64,000 nucleotides of DNA from NCBI RefSeq assembly GCF_902652985.1, contig NC_047017.1, forward strand, positions 47,058,001-47,122,000. Direction: 5' to 3'. A model generated the notes under the pieces. The model had not been told where the DNA came from. It made no database searches and worked only from the letters and a program-made list of their open reading frames with translations. Origin of the DNA: Pecten maximus. Lineage: Eukaryota. This document shows, in pieces, positions 12,731-26,204 of the stretch. Made by a program: the position numbers and the translations under genes. Numbering within the stretch: position 1 is the first letter of the stretch; every line of letters starts with the position of its first letter.

Positions 12731-15050
12731 CCTTATCATATCTAAAGAGTTCCCTCAATTTCAGTTTATTAGTAATAGCTCAATGGAATGTCAAGTTAGT
12801 TTGTACATGTGTCTTTAAGGATAGGAACAAACATTGCAAAATCCATTCTTACCTAGAATGAAAGTCTAAACCAATACAAACATAGAACATAAATATTACA
12901 AATGAAACTTGCCTGATAGCATTGAAAGAGAAACAAACAAAAAACAAAACAAACAAAAAACATCGGTAGGTCAAGTAAATGTTCAAAATATGAAGAATGT
13001 CACGGAGTCCATGATCAATGCATGCTCAAACGATATTAGTTACAACATGTACAAAATCTATAAATATAATAATGTTTGTTACAAAGGGCACAAAGTCAGA
13101 GCATAAAACATGTTTATTATGTATGATATTTGCATATGTACATATGAATGACGAATAACGAGAATGCCTAGATGATTTAAATCTGACGGAATAACAAAGT
13201 CGGATTGATAACGTCGGGTAAACTGACGAACAATGACATCCCTATTAATCTTTATAATGTATGCAGTTCAATATCTTCAGTCGTCATATTATCAGTTTCT
13301 ATTTGAAGATTGTAAAAGTGCAATGCTTCAGGCAATCTCAACAGTACATTTCTACACGGATTTCATTCAACCTATTGATGTGATATGATGATTTAATAGC
13401 AACGGAAAAATACCTGTATTGAAAAGAAAACCAATAACATTGTAGAGAGCAAGAAGACAGCTTGTAGTGGAATAGAACAGGGTTTGATTTCAATTGCAAC
13501 ATAAATGTTTTGTAGATAATCGTGACACTTCTACATACGTATAGCCATGCTTATACGTGTATATCACTGGTACAATATCATCTACAGTATTTAAAATTTA
13601 GAAATCTCAAAAATCAGATTGCATTAAGTCACATATCGAAGCATACGGCCGCCATATTGTAATTAATCTTTAAAAATGTTTTGTGCGTTTGAAGTTAAAG
13701 GTAATTTCAATTTGATAAAGTCATAAACATTTTCTATGAATACCTTGCTACTAGAAAGTGAAGTTAGCACACGCTTAAGAGTAATTATAAAATGAGATAT
13801 CGATGGGAATAGATTTACGACTTTTTAATGTTGAAAATACCGTGAACTACAGTGTAAATATCGTCAAATTTTGTACTTGATGTGCTTTCTCAAAGGACAC
13901 CATCAGCGATTATGTCAATGACTTTATTTCACAAAGTCATGATTAAAGGGAATAGGAATGAAACGAAAACAAGTACTAATCAAGGACAACAAGTCTGAGA
14001 CCGAGAAAAGATATTAGTTTTAGTAGTGTTCGTAAAGTAACTTACCTCTCTGTCATCCTCTCATATATAATGCTTTGGCACGTGCTAAAACATAATTATC
14101 CTGTCAGAGTACTAATAAACCTCGGGATTGCTCGAGTTATATCCTTTCGTCGCTTTTCATTGCAACAATAAGTTAGTAATCTGGTACTGTTTAAACTGTC
14201 CGGTTGTTAGAAAGCTTACATTGGGAATAGAAAATAACTTGTCAGTTTTTTATCTGTTACAATGATGCACGGGTCAAACAATTTTTTACGTACTGGTAGA
14301 TAATGTTTAATAAAAAAAATAATTTTGAAAATAAAAGTCATGTTTGATGAACAGTTTGCTTTTGGAGTGTTCTCTCACTAAGCTGACAATCCTTTACCGA
14401 TGGGTTATAGTACCCAGGGTAGTAGGGGGCGCTCGATACTGCGTGAGGAGGCCTTGTATATCAATAATAAATGCTCGAATATGACAAGTCTTTTGTCCAG
14501 GGTGTAGCAAATACACTAGTTATCATAGCGCCTTAAATAAAAACAAAAGGCTTTAAAATGGCCTTGTGAGGGTTATATGGGCGCTTAACGTGTCTGCCAC
14601 CTTTGAGGCGATACTAATGAGTGGTCTTCAGGGACTAGCCGCTACCTGTGGACGCACGTTCATTGATCATAGTGGTTCTCTATTATGTTAAATTTTTGAT
14701 GAGTGAAATCGTAGAAAATTTACAATTAGTTCAGGCATAATTTCCAAGTAATGTTCACTTTTCCATGTGTTTTTCTTTTGTAGTTTTGATTGATTTTTGT
14801 AGTAGTGATTTACGTTATTATTAGATGAATCAAACGATGCGTCACAGAAATATTTCCAACTGCTCATTTGATTTCGAAATATATCCATGTGTGGTACGAA
14901 ACAGAAACTTTTGTTGAAGATATTTGAAAGGCATAATAACAACAAAGAATACCGTCATCCTGAAACTATATTTTCAACTCAAAATCGACAAATAGAGAGC
15001 AAATTATAAACAAAAATATACATTCGTATGGAAACCATTGAAAAAGTACA

Positions 15051-15390
15051 GACCAGGTGCTCCGCAAGATAAACGTCTTCTGTTTCAACTACGAAACCCA
15101 CCACACAAATCTAGGTCACGACGACACCCTCCACACAAATCTAGGTCACGACGAAACCCTCCACACAAATCTAGGTCACGACGAAACCCACTATGCAAAT
15201 CTAGGTCACGACGAAACCAACCATACAAATCTAGGTCACGACGAAACCCACAACACAAATCTAGGTCACGACGAAACCCACCATATAAATCTAGGTCATG
15301 ACAACACCCTCCATACAAATCTAGGTTTAATCTTGGTAACGTCACATTCTCAAAATGAGAACTAGATTTCCAGGATTGTGACAATGGAAT
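15051..15390 (+). repeat. 30-bp tandem repeat (~8 copies, 15090-15326) inside a dispersed element
   Basis: Unit ACGAAACCCWCCAYACAAATCTAGGTCACG; flanks shared with the 5.6 kb and 35 kb loci. Confidence 0.92.
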
Positions 15391-15971
15391 CGCTAGACAT
15401 ATCAACAAGCATCAAATACGTCTGACTTTATATCAAATAAGGAAATATGATATTTCTAAAGGTATCATAAATATAGACATATTTAAACCAGTATATGATA
15501 TAGAAGCTTAGTGGTACACATAACTACGGTGTTACCAGTGTTTCGATGACCATAGATTTGTTTAAAAAAAAATCGATTTATCCAGTGATATTTTACAAGT
15601 CTATAAATCGCAACTATGTGCATGTTAGTATGGTTCATGACTAGCCATGGACTTCGCTATTGACATGTATTTTGGTAAGCTGTTTGTAAATTTCACCAAA
15701 AATGCGAAAAATGCATGTTTTAGGGAAACACAATTAGCTCATTTCCATCACATGCATATCGCACAAAATAACCATGCCGTTATGTTCACAAACGTCTATA
15801 TCACACAATAGGTGTATTTGTATTAGGCATAGATACATGATTATCTTTCAGATTTTATTATTTTTGTGACTTATACATGTAATTGTTTGCTGCTACAACT
15901 GACCACAAAATAACGCTGCAGAAGAAACTGTCAGTATCTACAAAACAACTAGTGATGAGTTCGAGAAAATA

Positions 15972-17895
15972 CGTGTCAAGACAAACATTTTGGTGTGTTA
16001 CATTACTATAATTAACTACATGTCAAGACAAATATTTTTGTATATTACATGACTATAATAAACTCCACGTCCAGACAAACATTTTGGTATATTACATTAC
16101 TATAATAATCTACATGTCCAGACAAACATTTTGGTATATTACATGACTATAATAAACTACACGTCCAGACAAACATTTTGGTATATTACATTACTATAAT
16201 AAACTAAATGTCAAGACAAACATTTTGGTATATTACATGACTATAATAAACTCCATGTCCAGACAAACATTTTGGTATATTACATTACTATAATAAACTC
16301 CATGTCCAGACAAACATTTTGGTATATTACATGACTATGATATACTTTTAGTACTACATGTCCAGACAAACATTTTGGTATATTACATGACTATAATAAA
16401 CTACATGTCCAAACAAACATTTTGGTATATTACATTACTATAATAAACTGCATGTCCAGACAAACATTTTGGTATATTACATTACTATAATAAACTCCAT
16501 GTCCAGACAAACAGTTTGGTATATTACATTACTATAATAAACTACACGTCCAGACAAACATTTTGGTATATTACATTACTATAATAAACTACATGTCCAG
16601 ACAAACATTTTGGTATATTACATTACTATAATAAACTCCATGTCCAGACAAACATTTTGGTATATTACATTACTATAATAAACTCCATGTCCAGACAAAC
16701 ATTTTGGTATATTACATTACTATAATAAACTACACGTCCAGACAAACATTTTGGTATATTACATGACTATAATAAACTCCATGTCCAGACAAACATTTTG
16801 GTATATTACATCACTGTTATAAACTACACGTCCAGACAAACATTTTGGTATATTACATTACTGTTATAAACTACACGTCCAGACAAACATTTTGGTATAT
16901 TACATCACTGTTATAAACTACACGTCCAGACAAACATTTTGGTATATTACATTACTGTTATAAACTACACGTCCAGACAAACAGTTTGGTATATTACATT
17001 ACTATAATAAACTCCATGTCCAGACAAACAGTTTGGTATATTACATTACTATAATAAACTCCATGCCCAGACAAACATTTTGGTATATTACATTACTATA
17101 ATAACCTCCATGTCCAGACAAACATTTTGGTATATTACATTACTATAATAACCTCCATGTCCAGACAAACATTTTGGTATATTACATGACTATAATAAAC
17201 TCCATGTCCAGACAAACATTTTGGTATATTACATTACTATAATAAACTCCATGTCCAGACAAACATTTTGGTATATTACATTACTGTAATAAACTCCATG
17301 TCCAGACAAACAGTTTGGTATATTACATTACTATAATAAACTCCATGTCCAGACAAACATTTTGGTATATTACATTACTATAATAAACTACACGTCCAGA
17401 CAAACATTTTGGTATATTACATTACTATAATAAACTCCATGTCCAGACACACATTTTGGTATATTACATGACTGTTATAAACTCCATGTCCAGACAAACA
17501 GTTTGGTATATTACATTACTATAATAAACTACACGTCCAGACAAACATTTTGGTATATTACATTACTATAATAAACTACACGTCCAGACAAACATTTTGG
17601 TATATTACATTACTATAATAAACACCATGTCCAGACAAACAGTTTGGTATGTTACATTACTATAATAAACTACACGTCCAGACAAACAGTTTGGTATATT
17701 ACATGACATAATAAACTACATGTCCAGACAAACAGTTTGGTATATTACATTGATATAATAACCTCCATGTCCAGACAAACATTTTGGTATATTACATGAC
17801 TATAATAAACTCCATGTCCAGTCAAACATTTTGGTATATTACATGACTGTTATAAACTCCATGTCCAGACAAACATTTTGGTATATTACATGACA
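15972..17895. repeat. 47-bp minisatellite, ~41 copies
   Basis: Unit TGTCCAGACAAACATTTTGGTATATTACATTACTATAATAAACTCCA. Confidence 0.98.
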
Positions 17896-20054
17896 AGTTT
17901 TGTTTGCAAATCTGTGGATATTCATTCGTGTTTTTGTTTTTAAACAGTATTCTGTTTAGATGACCCTTAAATGTGAAGTAGTACTCGTCAGTGAATCCTG
18001 GGACGTCCTACCGCCGTCCTTCTAAAACATCTCAGTAATGTTTGGGATTAAAAAGTGAAAACTAGAATGTGTATTACCCAATGTTTATAAAGAACGATGA
18101 TATTAACTCATTATTTAATCAATTTTATAATTGTTCGATATCAGAGAGGTTTTTGTTGTTTTCTTTTAATATCACATACACGTTTATATTTTTAACAGGT
18201 GCTACAATATATATGAACTGGCATACAGGATGCCGGCCGACTTCAGAACTTAAAGTACACAAGCATTTCTTACCACCCAGTAATCTCAAAGGTTTGTAAA
18301 AAAAGTCATAGATAACGTATCATAAGTAGTTCTTAGCAGAGTGATGACTGACTGTAAGTTTGTATGGTCTCAATTGGGATCCTTTTAGATTGATACGAAG
18401 TCTGAGAATAATTTGTTAATGCTTTGTTAAGTGATAGATAGAATTCTCCATTCTTTTTCATTTTCATTTGATTGATCTCACGAAACATAAATTTCTTTCT
18501 TAACTGTTAAATAAACCCCGTGTAATATCCTATGTAACAATCGCCCACAGGGATAAGAGACACTTAATTTATCTGAAGTTCCACATCTGTAATGGAAGTC
18601 TTGATGAGATGGGACGCTCTTCGTTATCCCCTCGGCTGTTTTTACAGCGGTCGCGTTTGTAAATAAGACTTATCTATTTCAGCTGAAGGTATTACTAACC
18701 CACCCAAAATATAGTGAAATTCTTTACATTGTATTGTTAATATGTGTAACTAATGCCTTAAGCCACGAGCTGTGAAATTGAGACTGACCACCGAGTGACC
18801 ACCGAATGACCACTGAAAGTTGTTGTAACCTCTTGCTACTCCTGCTCCTTCTAGGTTTTGTCAACATCAGTTTAAACTGACTTAGATTAACGTATAGGAA
18901 TGTGTTTTAACAACTCAAATCTGGAAATTCTGAGTGGGTAGCATATTTGATGGATGGGAAATGTATGGGTGATCATGTTTCTTCTTGTAAGGGCTGGGAA
19001 GTGTTCAATTATGATTTTGAAATACAAAATGCAATCTTAATATTTGAAATAAATACTAAACATACTATCAGGTAAAAACAAAACAACGTTAAAATATCGA
19101 TGGCTATAAAGTGTCCCTGAACCTTGGGTCATTTCAGCTGTTCACACTATAGACAAGGATCGGCAAAATTTCAATTATGTTTTTTGGGTGTTTTTTTTAA
19201 ACATATTTCCTGGCTCAGTAATTTGCTCCTTCTTGCCAATCAAAGACATTCTCAGACAAAGATAATTATTTTTCAGAAGCTAAAGAATGTTCTTAGTAAT
19301 AGACAACAAAGGGGATGACTTTGAAACAAAATAAATTCGTCAGCCACCTTACAAACTACTTATGTAACATGTATTCAAATCATTTCTTCAGACTAATTGA
19401 ACAAATTATCGTATTCCATTTCAATCGGTTTGATACCTTCCGAATATATCTTGCTTTAGATGTCCATTTGTACCTGATGGGTCAGGGCCCTAAGAAGCAA
19501 ATTTGTCTGCATTTAACAAATACAATGTAGTATAATACTGCATTATGATATTATAATACAATAAAATACAGCCAAGGAAAAAAAGGGTGCGTTCAAAACA
19601 GAATGAGTTATGAAACGTTCAGTAATGCTAGTAGAGGTGTCCTGAGAGATGGTCGGGATATATTGAAGAAAATCTAGGATGACTCTGTCATTCAAACAGT
19701 TAATGAATCCGCATAAATGAATTTAAGAAAAACAACTTAAATGCTTGAGTTAACAAGATAATAACAGTACTAATTCTTTCATTCGCACATTGACATTTAT
19801 ACACACATTACAAACATATATAAATGCAACAAACCATTCCTTAATTATTTATAATTTATTAATTGTTCCAAAATTCTGCGTAGATGAATTTAATAAGATG
19901 AATCATTTTTTTACTGGTTCCTTATTCCTACGAAGCATCCTAGGAGTTGTAACTATAAACAACATGAAATCATGCTTGTTTTATCATATATATGTCCCTG
20001 ATGTGTATGAATGTTATTTAATGGGTTTTAGTGTGATGCCTTTAGAACAGATAA

Positions 20055-20057
<3 letters not shown>

Positions 20058-20093
<36 letters not shown>
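20058..20093. repeat. (CAA)n microsatellite, ~11-12 units
   Basis: Direct inspection. Confidence 0.95.
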
Positions 20094-20094
<1 letters not shown>

Positions 20095-21688
20095 CTCCAA
20101 TTGTTGATTTTCGTTTGTTACATTGAGGTCATCATTATTTCTCATACTACAGACGTGGTATCGAATAAAGTGTAAGATTATATCACAGTTCACAAACAAA
20201 ACCCTGGTGAGATTGGACGATACTTTAATACATATGTCACAGTCTAAGCGGTAATGGATCATTCCGAATTATTAATAATCTGATGGAAGATGGTCATACA
20301 GGCGCGTCGTCTCGTAAAAGTGTTCTCTAGATCCACTTTTGATTTGGAGTTACCCATATAATTACTTTTTCCAAGATCGGGAAGATTTCATTCTCCTCCC
20401 CAAAATTCTGATTAGCATTTGTAAAAAGTTCTATACGACTAAGATCAACACCAGGTGACTGTCTATGTACAGGTAAAATCTGATCCTTATTTCCCAGTAC
20501 TTAGTGGTAGAAGCATTGACAAGAAAGATATTATTTAGATACAGTTTATTCCCTTCTCTCTCAGTTTTATGGAAAAAATATATATAATACGTTCTCATAA
20601 ATTAGTATAGAGCAGACATAAATTATAAAAACCAAAATTCTACCTCAATGTCTGTCAGTATAGCAATCTCCTAATGCTCAAATTTGACACTTTTATTTAA
20701 ATGTACACGTCGGATTTTAAAGATCAGTTATATATATAAATTACAAATTACGTGTTTGTAAATATCAAATCTGTACAAGTGGAACCAGGTAGATCGAGAT
20801 TAGAATCTAGACTTATGTGTGTTTTACGGGGATACAATAATATCCAGACCCTGACACTCACCATCCGTAACCCGATTCGCTCACTTACTTTGATCAAACC
20901 GTCTAATGGTTAAGCTTTTAATTTATCTGTTAATCTTAAAAGCCTTTCACAGACATGAACATTTCAAATGGGTTTTCTTTTTTTCGGTTATTTCAAATAT
21001 CTCTCCACTTCATCAGTCGAGCAGTTAGTGCGGCCCGGATAAGTCACAGTACATATAATTTGTATGCTGAATGTGTCGAATACGGATTTTATCTCCAACC
21101 TAAACATACACTAGGTATAGCCACCCTTTACACGCCTTTGTAGTAATCCGCATATAATTGGGTGATAACGATAATGGTATAGATGTATCTAGCCTCTCTC
21201 CAAATACCTTACGGTAGACGACGCGGGAAAATATTTTTACAAGTGTAAAAAAAGCTTTTGTATCCAAATGATGATTCTAAAATATATATTATAAACAGCA
21301 TGTGATGAATTGCCTTTATCTGATAATATCAGCCAATAAAATATATATCTGATAAATATCGTATAGTTATATCTCGGTTAGGTGACATTAACGTTTTAAA
21401 TGTAAGTCTGTAAGTGCACTTATGAAACCTAACAATGGAACTTTTGTGTGGGTTTCTTTGCTTGCTTGGTAAAGTTGGGTATATTGCCCAATCTGATGAC
21501 ATCTGTAACTGTAAGTGTCAGTTATTATACCGCTTGGCTAACATCTGGCATGGTACCTAAATCTTCTCCTTATTCCCTCTTCTACATTTTGTCATACTCC
21601 TCTCTTTTACTTTCTCATTCTGGTATCCTGTTTTTATCTCCTACATTCTTCATTGCTGCTTTATTTTTCATCTAATACTAACAAACTC

Positions 21689-21712
21689 TTCCTCCTCCTC
21701 CTCCTCCTCCTC
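21689..21712. repeat. (CCT)n microsatellite in a pyrimidine-rich tract
   Basis: Direct inspection. Confidence 0.9.
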
Positions 21713-22949
21713 ACTATTTTCACCTTCTCTCCGCTATATTTTAACACTATCTTGTCCATGTCTTTGTATACACATGGCTATACAAACACTTATGTATGCT
21801 AGCGGTATCGAATTCTTCTATTCTTTCTGCCAATCTGTTCAAAGAAGCTATCGGATCCCCCTTCCCCTAATTTTGATTTGAATACACTTAGACCTAAACA
21901 CTACCTCGTTCGAGAATCTTTATTCAGAATAATTCACACCCTGCACATTACTTTTATGGTTATTGAGCATTGGAAAATCTTAACAAAATCTACACGTTAA
22001 TTTCATCTTATCTGTAGAATATGCGTCCTAAATCTGGAGACATATGCTGATCCGGGTCGTCATTGGGGCATCATGACACCTTCGTCTCCCCAACTGACAA
22101 GGGACCATTTGTGTGCCCGTCAATATTCTGATAGACATCCCCATCCTGTGAAAGATAGGAATCCTTTTTGGGGATAAAGTCCTGTCTATCCTTTTAAGAT
22201 GGAACCGATTGCGCAACATTTTTTGAAAACCCGGCACCACAAATGACAAAGAGGTCATCCCGCAGATTGTGCGCGTGACGACTAGCGGAGTACCAAGGAC
22301 ATTGTGCGATTAGACATTATATACAGTAGCGGTTGTTAGAATTATCTAAGTGAGCTTAATGTGTGGCGATAATGTTACTTATCAGTAATATTAAAATAAG
22401 AAAAAAACATAATATTGTTTACACCTCCGCTGTTTTTATTACTCTTAGGAATGTGATTTGTGGAGATCGAGGATAACCAACACTTGTGATTCAGGTTGTC
22501 TTAACTCTCAATGTCGACTAATGTTTTTGTTACCCTTTGTCGAGACCCAACCTACTTTCTACCTAGACCATTGGCCATGTATTACGATAAAATAGTGTTT
22601 GGATGTAAAAGTTTTTATAGCGACATAAGAACACATCGGCTCTCTTTTTTTTTTTATAATATAATGATACTGATATACTGGTATCTAAACGTCGTCTATA
22701 TTTACGTTCCAGTGAAAGTATTTTATGCTTAGCAAAATCAACAAAATCAAGCTTCAATATTTAATTTTTTATTCATAATTCTTCAAACCATACGTAGTTT
22801 ATTTACATTGTTTTACATGACGGTTGAGCAGCAAGTTGCACCAAATCAACGATATATGAAGCAATCCGCTTGGGTTCCAAAGCTTGCTAATAAGGCCATA
22901 TATAATACCGAAAGCAATTTAATGTAGTAACTGTTGCTTTGTTTACGAA

Positions 22950-24435
22950 ATAGTAAAACTTAATTTTGTAGTAACTATTGTTTATTTACTCGTTAAGTAA
23001 AACTTTTTTAAAGTGCCTGTTGTTTACTTACATATCTAGCAAAACTTAATTATGTAGTACATGTTGCTTATTTACTCATTAAGTAAAACTAATATAGTAC
23101 CCCTTATTTATTTTCTTATTAAGTAAAAATCAATTATGTAGTATCTGCTTTTATTTACTCATTAAGAAAAATGTATGTAACCTGTTATGTATGTACTAAT
23201 TTATAACTCAGTTATGCAAAACCTGTAGTTTATTTACTAATCCAGTTAACTTAATTATGTATTACCTGTTGTTTATCGTCTAATCTAGTAAAACTTAATT
23301 ATGTAGTACCTGTAGTTTATCGTCTAATCTAGTAAAACTTAATTATGCAGCACATGTTGCTATTTGGTAAAACTTAATTATGCAGCACATGTTGTTGTTT
23401 GGTAAAACTTAATTATGCAGCACATGTTGTTATTTGGTAAAACTTAATTATGCAGCACATGTTGTTTGGTAAAACTTAATTATGCAGCATATGTTGTTAG
23501 TTGGTAAAACTTAATTATGCAGCACATGTTGTTTATTTAATAATCTAGTAAAACTTAATTATGCAGCACATGTTGCTATTTGGTAAAACTTAATTATGCA
23601 GCACATGTTGTTGTTTGGTAAAACTTAATTATGCAGCACATGTTGTTATTTGGTAAAACTTAATTATGCAGCACATGTTGTTGTTTGGTAAAACTTAATT
23701 ATGCAGCACATGTTGTTATGTGGTAAAACTTAATTATGCAGCACATGTTGTTATTTGGTAAAACTTAATTATGTAGTACCTGTTGTTTATCGTCTAATCT
23801 AGTAAAACTTAATTATGCAGTACCTGTTGTTATTTGGTAAAACTTAATTATGTAGTACCTGTTGTTAGTTTACTAATCTAGTAAAACTTAATTATGCAGT
23901 ACCTGTTGTTTATTTACTTATCTAGTAAAACTTAGTTATGTAGTACGTGTTGTTTATTTACTAATCTAATGAAACTTAGTTATGTAGTACCTGTTGTTTA
24001 TTTACTTATCTAGTAAAACTTAGTTATGTAGTACCTGTTGTTTATTTACTAATCTAGTAAAACTTAGTTCTGTAGTACGTGTTGTTTATTTACTAATCTA
24101 GTAAAACTTAGTTATGTAGTACCTGTTGTTTATTTACTAATCTAATGAAACTTAGTTATGTAGTACGTGTTGTTTATTTACTAATCTAGTAAAACTTAGT
24201 TATGCAGTACCTGTTGTTAGTTTACTAATCTAGTAACACTTAATTATGTAGTATCTGTTGTTTATCGTCTAATCTAGTAAAACATTGTTATGTAGTACGT
24301 GTTGTTTATTTACTAATCTAGTAAAACTTAATTATGTAGTACGTGTTGTTTATTTACTAATCTAGTAAAACTTAATTATGTAGTACGTGTTGTTTATTTA
24401 CTAATCTAGTAAAATTTCATTATGTAGTACGTGTA
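22950..24435. repeat. Composite 44-bp / 35-bp minisatellite
   Basis: 44-bp unit TAGTAAAACTTAATTATGTAGTACCTGTTGTTTATTTACTAATC; central 35-bp variant GGTAAAACTTAATTATGCAGCACATGTTGTTATTT; degenerate left edge. Confidence 0.95.
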
Positions 24436-26204
24436 ATGTTTGATGAGATGCAAATATTTAGTGATATCAACAATATTTTGGTTTCTGCTTTCGTTAAATT
24501 TTACATTAGAAGGACAAGTCGTCGACACGTTTTTGTTGGATGACATTAACAGCTATTGTTTGTTATACATTGTTTTACGCATATACTCATACATTCTCGT
24601 TATTTTATAACGTATCATTATGATCAGAAACATTCGCTATCGATTTCATCGTCTGTGTCTACCATGGCATCATTCTCAAACGACCAAACTCTCAAAATGT
24701 CTTCTAAGTTTCTGGATTCCAGTAATGGTAATTAAACATACGAAATCATAGACATAAATTTGATCTTTGTCAACTAAAAATGTAAAGTACATTTATAATA
24801 TTCAAATCTTAGATGGTTATAATGAGACAAACTAACACTATCCAGATAGCATTGAATGCATTTCAGCGCAAGGTGATACATTGTCACTCTCTGATTTATC
24901 CGGTATCTATCTGTTTAGAATTTCATCAGTACTTAAGCCATTCTAAGTGCGTTATTTACATCTATCAGTTTGATCTACAGCAGCAGAAATGTCTTCCTTT
25001 ACATTATCATTTTATTTTGATATCATAACTGATCTGATATGCCTTCCTACAAGGTGTGGGGTAAGTATTATTACCTTGAAATCGTTTGGGAATTGACGCT
25101 GTTTTTATTATAGGACAAAAGTTGGCTTATCTCCTCAACATACAGTTATATCCGATTAATGCAACAATCTTTTTAGACTACTTTTTGTAACATCGTTTTA
25201 TATTCCAAAGAAAGAGGATTCGTCTGCAAGCTGCAAAGTGCATCATACTGATAGCGTGGAGAGCGATATTATGGTTTATTAGACCATCTCCGATTAGAAT
25301 CACGGGCCGTTTTCTTGGCCTCCCAAGTTTGAAAAATTAAAACATTTTCTAATCAAAGACTAAATAAGGGGGTATCTGCCTTAGGTTTTAATCATTTGTA
25401 GCGTGTACTTCGTAATTTGGTAATAAAGCCTGTTGATACAAAAGAGTTCCATTGTTATCTCTTCGTCTCGAATGAAATGCCAGTTACTTCCCTTTATGCC
25501 CGGTATGCTGTCTTTGATGTATAATTCACCTTACGTCAGAGGTTATCTTTCCTACTCGTACAGCATGTATAACAAATATATACACATAATCAATGTCGTA
25601 TTTGTGGAATCAACATAAAACAGTTGTTTTTTTTCACGGAGACCGTCTGATAATCTGATTGCACAATCCAAACAGAAACACAAGTACACGTAAATCAGGT
25701 ATTACATTCTAAAATAAGTCAATAGAACGCAGATATCATTAACAATATTGCTATCAAATGTTTTTGAAAACTTCAAATACATTGTTAGATTATTGATAGT
25801 TGGTCAAGTAAATGATTTAAATAGTGTCACATAATAGGTATTACATAAATTGCTGATAACCAAAATCTTGACATATATATAGATCAAGGTAAATTCGTAT
25901 TTTTATAAGCGCACGCAAATGCCTTAATTAATGCTAGGAAGCAAATAACATCGTTCAAATTCTAATTATTCATGAAATGCTGTTAATTAATTCATTAAGT
26001 CTCGAGCCAAAACCGTGTTGTGTCAGAAATCAGTCTTCAACACAAAACCACTTACAGAAGCAATAAAATGAGGTAAAATCGTTAAGTCGCCAGAGGCATC
26101 ACTTACAATACCAGGTACGACGCAACCGGCTCGGTACATTTTACTTCTTCCCTGTCTCATACGTACTATGAAGCTGATTTCTATTCTACGACACAGAACA
26201 ACAT

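Noticed and set aside
18785-18816. Gli-like GACCACCGA sites
   Set aside because: An 11-bp micro-triplication with a mismatch to the consensus; insufficient evidence
19790-20262. Poly-Gln and poly-Cys ORFs
   Set aside because: Caused by the (CAA)n microsatellite
20985-21055. Hammerhead-ribozyme-like CTGATGA...GAAA on the minus strand
   Set aside because: Stem II barely pairs, stem III is only ~4 bp and stem I is out of register; probably chance
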